Below are positions 51,950 to 60,882 of a stretch of DNA of 64,000 nucleotides, one piece after another; the stretch's first letter is position 1; each line of letters starts with the position of its first letter. The notes below the pieces were generated by a model. The model saw nothing but the letters and a program-made list of their open reading frames with translations, was not told the DNA's origin and did no database searches. The position numbers and the translations under genes are program-made. Source of the stretch: Candidatus Woesebacteria bacterium GW2011_GWA1_44_23 (lineage in GTDB: Bacteria > Patescibacteriota > Microgenomatia > UBA8517); NCBI GenBank assembly GCA_001001045.1, contig LCIL01000005.1:21409-85408 (forward strand). Reading direction: 5' to 3'.

Positions 51950-53098
51950 CTAACGAAGATAGTTAAGCGGATTGACGCGTACTCCATTGAGGAATATCTC
52001 AAAATGCGTGTGAGGGCCGGATGAGCGGCCTGTAGAACCCATCTTCCCGATCGCCTGGCCGCGGCCGATGTTTTGCCCCGATATGACCATAATCTGGGAT
52101 AAATGCGCGTAGCGTGTTTTGTAGCCGTTTCCATGATCGATAAGTACCATATTTCCATACCCGGCAGTATCCCAGCCCGCGTAGATAACACGCCCGCTGT
52201 CGGCAGCCACGTCCGGAGTCCCGGTGGAGTTGGCAATATCAAGACCCGGGTGGTACCAGGAGAATCTTTGAGTGATTCTTCCCGCAGTCGGCCAGACGAA
52301 TTGGCCCATGGCGGTAACCGTGCCCGCATCGGGCGTAACTTGCCTTACCCTCGGGGCTACCGCGGCGGCCGGCATAACTCCGTCGGGAACCACAACAATC
52401 TGGCCTATGGCCAGTTCAAAGGTTTCGTCATCGGTGAAAGTATTAAAGGGAAAATCGACTATCGCCTGCGAATCCGCGTCATATTTTTTTGCAATGGAAT
52501 AAACTGTGTCGCCCTTGGCTACAGTATGGGTAATTCCCGTTACGGGCATGACTTTGAGGGTTTGCCCGACTTTAATTTTGTCGTTCGTAAGTCCGTTTCC
52601 CCAACGGACTGTGTCGGCCGAAACACCAAACTTATTGGCAATGGATGCAACCGTGTCCCCGCTTTGAACCTTGTAATCAACCACACTATCTCTTACCTTA
52701 CTGGATATTTGTGTATCAATGGCAGGGTCGTCGGTGGAAGCGGAAAGCACGACGGGGGTAACCGATATGCTCCAGGGATTTACACTTTTGCCCGGAAATT
52801 CCTGGGCAATAATAGGAGCCATCATGACTCCAAGGGCCGTTATTGCCACCATTCCAGAATGAGAAAGAGTTCTTGAAAGTTTCCCCCTTTTTCTATACAG
52901 TGCCGTAACAACGACTCCCTTTTTCTCCTCAAACCGCAAGAAACTTATGTGAAGACTTTTAAATGCAAAATTAGCAAGCTCTCTTAGAAAAATCTTTATG
53001 TCTTGCCATATTCCAACCAAAGCCTCGAGGGTATCATCCATGCGACATAGATGATATCGTATAAAAGGGTGTGAAGCAAACTTTTTAGAAGAACACAA
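51950..53098 (-). CDS. LysM-LysM-M23 peptidase
   Basis: YKVQSGDTVASIA and HTVAKGDTVYSIA LysM repeats; HPGLDI, YAHL, STGRSSGPHTHFE. The start may be at 53042. Confidence 0.9.
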   Translation of the reverse strand: MCSSKKFASHPFIRYHLCRMDDTLEALVGIWQDIKIFLRELANFAFKSLHISFLRFEEKKGVVVTALYRKRGKLSRTLSHSGMVAITALGVMMAPIIAQEFPGKSVNPWSISVTPVVLSASTDDPAIDTQISSKVRDSVVDYKVQSGDTVASIANKFGVSADTVRWGNGLTNDKIKVGQTLKVMPVTGITHTVAKGDTVYSIAKKYDADSQAIVDFPFNTFTDDETFELAIGQIVVVPDGVMPAAAVAPRVRQVTPDAGTVTAMGQFVWPTAGRITQRFSWYHPGLDIANSTGTPDVAADSGRVIYAGWDTAGYGNMVLIDHGNGYKTRYAHLSQIMVISGQNIGRGQAIGKMGSTGRSSGPHTHFEIFLNGVRVNPLNYLR

Positions 53099-53105
53099 AA
53101 TTAGC

Positions 53106-54431
53106 TCAGGCAGTTTTTAGGCTGTCGAGGAATTCGTCATTGGTCTCAGTCCTGGAAAGTCTATCGATCAGAGTCAGGGTTTTTTCATCATCATTCATCA
53201 TTTCAATCATCCTCCGAAGCGTATTTACCTTCTTAAGTTTTTCCATTCCGAAAAGAAGTTCATCCTGTCTTGTCCCGCTTCTTGATATGTCAATAGCTGG
53301 AAAAACGCGCTTGTCCGAAAGCTTTCTGTCCAAGTGAAGTTCCATATTTCCGGTTCCTTTGAATTCTTCATAAATCAGGTCATCCATTCTGCTTCCCGTG
53401 TCAACCAAACAAGTTCCGATAATGGTCAGGGATCCCTTGCCTTCAATTTTTCTGGCAGCTCCGAAGAATTTTTTAGCAGGGAAAAGAGCCATGGGGTCAA
53501 ATCCTCCCGAAAGGGTTCTGCCGGAAGTCGGAAGAGCCAGGTTGTATGCCCTGGCCATTCTGGTAATCGAATCAAGGACTATAACAACATCACGCCCACC
53601 TTCAACCAGCCTTCTGGCCCGTTCCAGTGCCAACTCTCCCACTCTGGTTTGGTCCTGAGGAGCTTCATCAAAATTGGAGGCCGCAACCTCTCCCATTTTA
53701 TCCGTGACAATGTCCATCGTTCTTATGATATCCGTGACTTCCTCGGGGCGCTCCCCGATAAGAACGGCCATAATGTGAACTTTTCTGGCTTTTCCTTTTC
53801 CTTTCTCCGGATAATTGAGTGCGATTCCCTTGATAATGTCTTTCACAAGCCAGGTTTTACCGGCTTTGGGTGGAGAAACTATAAGGGCACGCTGACCGAA
53901 ACCTATCGGAGCAACCAAATCTATCATTCTATTAGTTAATGTATCTTTATCGGTCGAAAGAATAATCTGTGCATCAGGGTAAACGGCCGTCATGTCGTCA
54001 AAGTCCACTCTTTGACCCAAAGCTTCAACCGGTTCTCCGTTAACTTTTTCAACCTTCAAAAGACCCCAATATCTTTCGTTTTCTTTTGGACGCCTGGCCT
54101 GTCCGCCAACCATGTCTCCGACACGCAAGTTAAACCTTCTGATTTGTGAGGCGGAAATATAAATATCGTGATCGCTCGGAGCAAACCTTTGAGGCCTAAG
54201 AAGTCCGCTTCCCTCATTGGCAATATCCAGAACTCCCTCTACAGACTCCGTAGGTAGCCCCGCATCGGGAATCATCCTCTCATCAACCACCAAGGGGTTA
54301 ATGGGCCTTTCCTGAATGGCCACAGGAGCCGGAGGAAGCATCCCTGCATCAACCGGGGCACCGACCAGCGACTGCACGTCACTATCCCCCTCTTCTTTTA
54401 TAAGTGTCTTCTCAACTGCTTTTTTCGGCAT
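53106..54431 (-). CDS. rho: Transcription termination factor Rho
   Basis: DIYISASQIRRFNLR, SPPKAGKT, GERPEEVTD, LDSITRMARAYN, EEFKGTGNMEL. Confidence 0.97.
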   Translation of the reverse strand: MPKKAVEKTLIKEEGDSDVQSLVGAPVDAGMLPPAPVAIQERPINPLVVDERMIPDAGLPTESVEGVLDIANEGSGLLRPQRFAPSDHDIYISASQIRRFNLRVGDMVGGQARRPKENERYWGLLKVEKVNGEPVEALGQRVDFDDMTAVYPDAQIILSTDKDTLTNRMIDLVAPIGFGQRALIVSPPKAGKTWLVKDIIKGIALNYPEKGKGKARKVHIMAVLIGERPEEVTDIIRTMDIVTDKMGEVAASNFDEAPQDQTRVGELALERARRLVEGGRDVVIVLDSITRMARAYNLALPTSGRTLSGGFDPMALFPAKKFFGAARKIEGKGSLTIIGTCLVDTGSRMDDLIYEEFKGTGNMELHLDRKLSDKRVFPAIDISRSGTRQDELLFGMEKLKKVNTLRRMIEMMNDDEKTLTLIDRLSRTETNDEFLDSLKTA

Positions 54432-54504
54432 TAAATTAGTGGTAATAGAAAACTCACGGAAATCCGGGCAAACTCGAAGTTACAACTGTAAGTATAGCCC
54501 TATT

Positions 54505-57291
54505 TTAGACCATGTCAAGGGTAGCGCTTCTGCCCTTTTTAGACTTAAAAATCAACACAAGCAGTGTAACAAGTCCCAAGACTCCTCCTCCCCACTCCAA
54601 AATCTGAGGCCAGAAGAAAATATAGATTACGGAATTTGATTTTGCATTTTCGGACTTCCCGGTAGTCCACCCGTTTGCCCAACTATTAATCCTAACGTGA
54701 TTCAATACCTGGAATCTGGAATTGACGATCCGGAAGGCCACCCAACCCCTATCATAACCTTGTCCCAATTCAAGTAAGCCTTCACCTCCTGTTTCAACGC
54801 CATAACCCCACGTACCAAACTTTTGAACTTTCAGGAGCCTCAGATCATTTTGGATAGCTTGGAGGCTTCCCGAGGGAGACGCAATAAAGCTATTCAGATA
54901 CCCGGAATCTACCGGGTAAAACTCGACTTTCGTCAAAAGGTTTTCGGAGGCAATTCTACCAAAAGACCTTGTTTCAAGATTCAAAACATATCCTGCGCCT
55001 TCAACATTTTTCGGATAAACAAAATATGTCTTATCAAACTTGCCGGAAGGAAGAATTTCCTCAACGTCCGGCACCTGAGAATATAAATTAAATAAATAAA
55101 TCTTGAGTCCTCTTCCTTCCCTGTTTTCTCCGGAAATTCTTACGATATAACCTTGGTTATATCGGAGATCGGGGTAAGGTAAATAGTCGCAGGATGCTCC
55201 ACTTCCTTCCGCGCGGTACAGGATTCCAATGGCAGAGTTGGTTTTGAAAACACTACCGATTTTTTTCAAATCGCAGTTATAAGCACTGGGAAAACCGCGG
55301 TTCACCGAAAGATTCTCTGATATTGCGGGACTTCCCGAAGGTAAATCCGGAGCTTTTCTGGCCGGAACCACGCTATCGTCGCCTGTATAATCGCCATACG
55401 CTGCAAACTCCGGATCAACCGGCGAATATGACAAATCTGAATCGGTTCGAATAAATTCAGATGGGGCAAATACTTCCGCCTTACCGAAACCGGTTTCGTA
55501 AATTGTCAAAAAGCCAAATTTTGCCTCTTCCCTAATCCCGTTTTCTGCAAAGATAGCTTTAAGTTCGGGAATTTTAAGAATATCTGCTGTCCCGCCGGGG
55601 TTAACTATCGACTCGTCCAAAAGCAAATATTTTACCTGATATTTTTTGAGTGTATTCACAAAGCTCTGAGTGTCATTCGCATATAATGCGAATGCGCTTT
55701 GAGTGTAAAAGTCTTCGTTACCGATGCTCCAACGGTCAAAATCACGGTATAAAATCGGGTCGGAGACTCCATATGTTAAAAACCCTGATCCTTCATACCC
55801 CCAACTTCTGTACTCCCAGCCGTATTTGGAATTGATAGGGAAAAGGGCAACACGGCCTCCCGGATTTGAATTAAACCGGTCAAATACCCGACCGTACTCC
55901 TCCGGTAAAACCTTTTTAACATTGGGTCCAATCAACCAGCCATTGAATACGGGCAGGGCAAAGTAAATCAGACCGGCAGTGGTTAAAAGAAAAAATAATA
56001 CCTTAACCAAAACCACAAACGCTTTTAAACGGGCTCCCCAGAAAGTTAGGAGTATAAATGTAAAATAACCGAAATAGAATGAGGCGGTAATTTCAAACAA
56101 AATTGAAAACTTCGTGAAAGGCATTCTGAATCCCTCGGCAAAAACCCCAAAGTTGTTATAGAAATAGGCATATAAATTCCCCAACGGCGGGTTAATATTC
56201 AAAAGGAAAAACAGGCAAAAGATAAGTACAGGGATAAAAGCCAGGGCGGCTTTTCCCAGTTTTATGATTCCTGAAAAAAGCCCCAAAAGGGTTAAGCCAG
56301 CCAGGATATATCCTGTGGCGGTAACGGCAGGAATTGACAAATATTTTGTCCAAACTCCCAATAGATCGGTAAATTGATTGCCGGCAAAATCAAAATTACG
56401 CCACCCGAAAAGAAAGTTTTTCTGCAAAAGAATATCGGCAGGATTACCGTAATCACGGTTTCTTAAAAACGCCTCCTGGCTAAAAAGGCGGTTTATATTT
56501 GAGTTTGAAATCACCCCTGATTGGTTGGCGATCGAATAAATATTGGGCAAGATCCAATACAGGCTTAAAAGCACGGCGGTTAGTATCATTACTAAAAGTC
56601 TTACAAATTTAACTTTTTTATCCGGGGACACAAGGACGTAAGTGCAAAAAAAGACAAAAAGCCCGGCGAAGCTCGCATACCAAAGCGTCGCCGCATAAGC
56701 CATAGGTGATGATAAAATCAAGATTACCGCCCAAAATATGAGACTTACCTTACCCCCTTCCTGCAGGTATTTAAGTCCTGAGAACGCTATCCAAGGGAGG
56801 AATGCAAACGCCGCCGTAAACATCTCGAAAGGAACGTAAAAGTTCTGCAAAGTTCCAAGGTTCAGAAGGTAAAATAGGGCCCCCGAAAAAGCTGCAGGAT
56901 ATATCCAAACACTTTCCTTCTCTTTCCGGAAAACATATTTAAGAAAAAAATAGACCCCCAGGGGACCCAAAATCAGACAAATAAAAATATAGGAATAACG
57001 AAGGAAAGAGGCCGGGAGAACAAACGATTCGAGCCATAAGAAGATAATTCTTGGAAAGTCGGCCATGTGCGAATGAGCCGCAACCGCCCCCAACCCCTGT
57101 TCCGCCCTCCATACGCCTTCCCAAACGCGCCTAAAGGCCTCGGCAAAATTAAACTCCGGGTGCAGGGAGTCCCAACCGATAAGATAAGTGCCCGGAGAGT
57201 AATTTTTAAAACAGATAAACGCCGCAACGGAAAAAATAATAAGCGGGAATAAAATACTAAGGAGCAGTTTGAATTTTTTATTAGAAATCAT
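54505..57291 (-). CDS. Large polytopic membrane protein (GT-C/YfhO/AftD-like) with extracellular domain
   Basis: GWDSLHPE early loop, about 13 TMs, FRMPFTKF, C-terminal HVRINSWANGW + TM. Confidence 0.6.
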   Translation of the reverse strand: MISNKKFKLLLSILFPLIIFSVAAFICFKNYSPGTYLIGWDSLHPEFNFAEAFRRVWEGVWRAEQGLGAVAAHSHMADFPRIIFLWLESFVLPASFLRYSYIFICLILGPLGVYFFLKYVFRKEKESVWIYPAAFSGALFYLLNLGTLQNFYVPFEMFTAAFAFLPWIAFSGLKYLQEGGKVSLIFWAVILILSSPMAYAATLWYASFAGLFVFFCTYVLVSPDKKVKFVRLLVMILTAVLLSLYWILPNIYSIANQSGVISNSNINRLFSQEAFLRNRDYGNPADILLQKNFLFGWRNFDFAGNQFTDLLGVWTKYLSIPAVTATGYILAGLTLLGLFSGIIKLGKAALAFIPVLIFCLFFLLNINPPLGNLYAYFYNNFGVFAEGFRMPFTKFSILFEITASFYFGYFTFILLTFWGARLKAFVVLVKVLFFLLTTAGLIYFALPVFNGWLIGPNVKKVLPEEYGRVFDRFNSNPGGRVALFPINSKYGWEYRSWGYEGSGFLTYGVSDPILYRDFDRWSIGNEDFYTQSAFALYANDTQSFVNTLKKYQVKYLLLDESIVNPGGTADILKIPELKAIFAENGIREEAKFGFLTIYETGFGKAEVFAPSEFIRTDSDLSYSPVDPEFAAYGDYTGDDSVVPARKAPDLPSGSPAISENLSVNRGFPSAYNCDLKKIGSVFKTNSAIGILYRAEGSGASCDYLPYPDLRYNQGYIVRISGENREGRGLKIYLFNLYSQVPDVEEILPSGKFDKTYFVYPKNVEGAGYVLNLETRSFGRIASENLLTKVEFYPVDSGYLNSFIASPSGSLQAIQNDLRLLKVQKFGTWGYGVETGGEGLLELGQGYDRGWVAFRIVNSRFQVLNHVRINSWANGWTTGKSENAKSNSVIYIFFWPQILEWGGGVLGLVTLLVLIFKSKKGRSATLDMV

Positions 57292-57317
57292 TTGGGGATC
57301 AATCTAATCATAACACT

Positions 57318-57383
57318 AAAAAAATATGGGGCTGGCTGGCAAATGTTGATTAAAAAATCAAATTTGGTATCCAACCAACCCCC
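57318..57383 (-). terminator. Intrinsic terminator after 57400..57804
   Basis: Minus-strand GGGGTTGGTTGG...CCAGCCAGCCCC stem (G:U pairs) followed by ATATTTTTTT. Confidence 0.55.
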
Positions 57384-57399
57384 TTCTTAGACTTAAAGC

Positions 57400-57804
57400 C
57401 TAAGGCCAATATACATAAACTGGAATATCAAAATCATATCCCCCTCCATTCAGTCCCGTGACGGTCAGTCGAGCGGTAAAGCTCGTAAACGGCCACGGAT
57501 AGTAGTGATCTGTAAACGCAACACCGTTTATCATTTCAATATCGGTTGATGCGCCATCCTGTCCCAAAGTGTCAAACTGGATATGTGCCCAACCGTCTGG
57601 AGCATTCTGACAGCTTATATCAAATGTCACAAAGTTCGGCGCATAGGTTGTAACTACAATGTTGCATTGCGGCTCTGGATACGGCTTCATAATAAGTGGT
57701 AGGAAAACTTGATGTCCTTCCGCCGCTTTTACTTGAACCGACCCGATCCCGACAAATACAAATATGACCATCGTTATGATGGTCAAAAACAGGTGTTTCT
57801 TCAT
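57400..57804 (-). CDS. Small secreted protein with VFLPLIMK motif
   Basis: RBS AGGAGG; signal peptide ending VKA; HQVFLPLIMKP followed by a PKD/Ig-like domain. Confidence 0.7.
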   Translation of the reverse strand: MKKHLFLTIITMVIFVFVGIGSVQVKAAEGHQVFLPLIMKPYPEPQCNIVVTTYAPNFVTFDISCQNAPDGWAHIQFDTLGQDGASTDIEMINGVAFTDHYYPWPFTSFTARLTVTGLNGGGYDFDIPVYVYWP

Positions 57805-57901
57805 TTGATCCTCCTTTTGGGTATATGAAAAAACTTTTGGTCTTAGAATTAAAGAGCAAAACTTCGCTCAGCTAAATTAATAAAAAATATTATTAACTTA
57901 G

Positions 57902-57964
57902 TCGAACGGGTAACCACTTTATTTTAATCTCAGATGAGAAGAAAATTGTGGTTACCCGAATCGA
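57902..57964 (-). other. Long intergenic hairpin
   Basis: TCGAACGGGTAACCAC...GTGGTTACCCGAATCGA inverted repeat between the two secreted-protein genes. Confidence 0.55.
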
Positions 57965-57980
57965 GGCAAATATTTATTAT

Positions 57981-58967
57981 CTACCGGGTAAAGGTAGTTT
58001 CAAGGCCCATCAGGGGTTCGTTTCCAGATGTAAATAACACTTGGATGTGAACGCCTTTGCAGCCTTCAGGAACGGAACAATTTGCTCCAGCATTTTGAAT
58101 CCCGGTCGGATTCAATTTGGAGTTCATGTTCAACATTTTGTTGGTACCTTCACTGGTAAGACCCCAGATGGCCATGTCCAACGCATTTCCGTTGAAATAG
58201 CGGCCATGTAGCCTGAAACCTTGGTTAAAGATACCTGTGTAATCGCTGGTAACCTTACCTACATTGATGACTACTAACATACAACCGATTCCAGTTCCGT
58301 TTTCTGAACAAGAACCAACACCGGGTATATCGTAATCGCCACTGTAATACAGGTAGGATTCCGAAGCGACTGGCACGCGACAAGCTTCTCCGGCCAATTG
58401 CTGGCAGAAGTTGCTTTCGGGATTGGCGTATTCCAATCCGTCCGGGACACATTGCTTGGTGGGGTCATCGGCGCACGTGACTACCGGAAATTCCGGAACC
58501 AGAGGATTCGGCTCATTTGGAAATGTAGGCCAAAGCTCCGGAGCGATTGCGCGCCAAGTCCACTTCTCAGCATCCTGCCGGAAGGTTGTTCCATCCCCAC
58601 GGTCAAAATCAGCACCTGCCAACCATGTCAATGTCCAGTCGTTTGACTGACTTGACCCTACAATAACCTGTGCGCCAGCAGGTTGGACTGCAGGTTGGAC
58701 AGCAGGTTCTGCCGTTGCGGCGGGTACGGTTACTGCTGATACTTGGTTTTGACCTGCTGGGCCTTGTGGGCCTGCGGGACCTGCTGGGCCTTGCGGACCT
58801 GCGGGACCTGCTGGGCCTTGTGGGCCTGCCACTGCGGCCTGATTTTTAATTTCAGAAAGCATATTTACCGTATTCGCAATCTGAGGACCGGGCCACACAA
58901 ACCAGAGAAACGCAAGTACTGCCAAAAAAACAATCACGATTAGAATCAACCACAAAATCTTTCTCAT
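57981..58967 (-). CDS. Membrane-anchored collagen-like protein with Cys-rich C-terminal domain
   Basis: RBS AGGAGG; N-terminal TM; (GPQGPAGPA)n short collagen repeat; eight Cys in the globular domain. Confidence 0.75.
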   Translation of the reverse strand: MRKILWLILIVIVFLAVLAFLWFVWPGPQIANTVNMLSEIKNQAAVAGPQGPAGPAGPQGPAGPAGPQGPAGQNQVSAVTVPAATAEPAVQPAVQPAGAQVIVGSSQSNDWTLTWLAGADFDRGDGTTFRQDAEKWTWRAIAPELWPTFPNEPNPLVPEFPVVTCADDPTKQCVPDGLEYANPESNFCQQLAGEACRVPVASESYLYYSGDYDIPGVGSCSENGTGIGCMLVVINVGKVTSDYTGIFNQGFRLHGRYFNGNALDMAIWGLTSEGTNKMLNMNSKLNPTGIQNAGANCSVPEGCKGVHIQVLFTSGNEPLMGLETTFTR

Positions 58968-59223
58968 TTCAGCCTCCTTTCAAGGCGAAAGATAGATCTT
59001 GTTTTCTGGCGCCAGAAAACAAACATTTTTTATCGAAAAAATTGTTTCGCTTTTTGAACGCCCGTTTCGACTTCGGGAATCTAAGAACTAAAAACTGAAT
59101 AACAAAAACAAATGCTTTTCTAATTCCTAGAGTCCCAAAGCCGAATTTTTTGCCTCGATATATTAAAGTGCTAACTAACCTATCAAGCCGCCACGCATTT
59201 GTGATGGCCTGAATTGGTCAGTT

Positions 59224-59463
59224 TTAAGCAGAAACTTTATTTAGTTTCTTTGAAAGAACCAAAAACATTAGTGAGGAAACCAGAAGCACTCCCCCAACCA
59301 CGGCTAGATTGTCTCCCAAACCGGCTGCTACCGGTGTATGAACTCCACAAACAACTCCCCCTCCGTATGGCTGGGGACAAATAATCTCAACTTCCTCCGC
59401 CAAAACCCTTACCGGGGCGGCAAGAAATACCAAAGCCAAAATCACTAAAATCAGCTTTTTCAT
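59224..59463 (-). CDS. Small secreted protein with sortase-type C-terminal sorting signal
   Basis: Signal peptide, CPQPYGGGVVC loop, TPVAAG + TM + KKLNK. Confidence 0.6.
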   Translation of the reverse strand: MKKLILVILALVFLAAPVRVLAEEVEIICPQPYGGGVVCGVHTPVAAGLGDNLAVVGGVLLVSSLMFLVLSKKLNKVSA

Positions 59464-59563
59464 ATTGATGTGGGCACTATATCACGGATATACCGGTTTG
59501 TCAACATTATAAGACATGTTTTGTTCTGTGTATGACAAGCCATAGTTTTTAGGTTTATTTTCG

Positions 59564-60301
59564 TTAAACCTGAATCAGGCGTGCGTAGATAAATACCTTC
59601 TCTTCCCCGGTCAAGGTCTCACAGGTATAAAGGATAAGGTCAGCCGAATAATCCAGTATTTGGGTCCCCTTGCTGGTCGCATAAACCTCATATAGATATT
59701 TCCTTTGGCTCCAATCGATTTCCACCATATCCCCAACCTTAACTTTGGGTAGATTGTAAAATGAATTATTGCGCCTGTAAGAGTTTGTCCAGGCCAGATA
59801 CCCGAATCTGTGCGCGGCAAGTATGATTGATCTGCCGTTATCATTCGGGGCACCAAAGTCGGAAACCCTCCAAACACCCTTTTTTAAAGCAGCCTCGAAA
59901 TTATCGGCAGTAGCCTCCTGAATGTCGGTATCCACTCCGATAGACGCTATAACCAGGTGGTTGGTTAAGGGCAATCTCGGGTCAAAAGGGGGGAAATAGA
60001 CAGGTTTTGATGTATTTAGATCACTTTTAAGGGTCTGAACTTCGGTGCGGGACATCCTGAAATTCTCAAAAGTCGTGCTGATAATAGTCTTTCCAAAGGT
60101 TAATGCTCTCGGAGCGAAGAAGGTGAGAACCAAGGCAATGCCTATTAAGGCCGAGAATTTTGAAAGTTTTCGAAAAGATAAGGATACTTTACCGGGCTGC
60201 CTTGGAGCCACGACACGCTCAGGCATGATCGGCTGCGGAGACACCTCCACGGTGCCAAATTTCCTGTTGTATATATGTTGGTAGATAACAACTTCTGCCA
60301 T
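59564..60301 (-). CDS. Sortase
   Basis: TM; LVIASIGV, LKKGVW, ILAAHRF, YLYEV, LILYTC. The likely start is MAEVV at 60301. Confidence 0.8.
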   Translation of the reverse strand: MAEVVIYQHIYNRKFGTVEVSPQPIMPERVVAPRQPGKVSLSFRKLSKFSALIGIALVLTFFAPRALTFGKTIISTTFENFRMSRTEVQTLKSDLNTSKPVYFPPFDPRLPLTNHLVIASIGVDTDIQEATADNFEAALKKGVWRVSDFGAPNDNGRSIILAAHRFGYLAWTNSYRRNNSFYNLPKVKVGDMVEIDWSQRKYLYEVYATSKGTQILDYSADLILYTCETLTGEEKVFIYARLIQV

Positions 60302-60467
60302 ATTTGAATCCGTATTATAGGCTACTTGAAGGAAAATTGCAACTTTTACAATAAAAAAATGCACTCCGTACCAAACTTGAGGAACGGGTAGATCCCCTGC
60401 CCTAGAATCCACCCGTCCCTCAAACCTGGTATTAAAAGTGCATTTTCCTCCCAACTATCAAAGGGCC

Positions 60468-60496
60468 TTGACAACCCCTTGCATTCGCTTTAGTCT
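60468..60496 (+). promoter_or_regulatory. Sigma70-like promoter for putative ncRNA
   Basis: TTGACA (60468), 17-nt spacer, TAGTCT (60491). Confidence 0.5.
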
Positions 60497-60502
60497 GATT
60501 AC

Positions 60503-60670
60503 GATTTGTCTTGAGCTAGTCAGTTCGTCAGTTAACCTGTCCGCAAGACAAATCCCGTGTACGAAGTACTTGAAAATTTACTTCGTTATAGTTTTGAAAG
60601 AGCATCTCTATTCGTGGCGAGTCCCACTAGAAATTAGAGGAGAACCCAACGATGGCGATGCTCTTTTTTT
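60503..60670 (+). ncRNA. Putative structured small RNA, family unidentified
   Basis: Three consecutive stems: GATTTGTCTTG/CAAGACAAATC, ACGAAGTA/TACTTCGT and AAAGAGCATC/GATGCTCTTT, followed by a U-tract; no credible ORF. Confidence 0.55.
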
Positions 60671-60882
60671 ACTTCCTCAAACCAATTTCAATGTTCAAGA
60701 AAAAGTGTAACACTCCATGTCAACTCTGTCAAACCCTATAACATATTTAACTGTAAAATTTTACTCACCCATAGTCGAAAATCCCCCAATAATGCCATAT
60801 ATACGGCATTATTTTTTTATACTCAAAATTTGTGGATAACTCGTTGATATCTCTAAATGGCTGCGTTATAGTCTGAAAGGGG

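Noticed and set aside
52103-53939. Plus-strand ORFs of 200-257 aa
   Set aside because: Antisense to the well-supported M23 peptidase and rho genes.
57960-59159. 11-bp inverted repeat (ATCGAGGCAAA) flanking the collagen-like gene
   Set aside because: An 11-bp match is expected by chance in 64 kb; no transposase or target-site duplication.
60438-60710. 90-aa ORF over the putative ncRNA
   Set aside because: No RBS or recognisable protein features; the promoter and stems fit an RNA better.
60831-60839. Perfect DnaA box (TGTGGATAA) as an oriC marker
   Set aside because: Single box, no cluster, and no dnaA/dnaN nearby.
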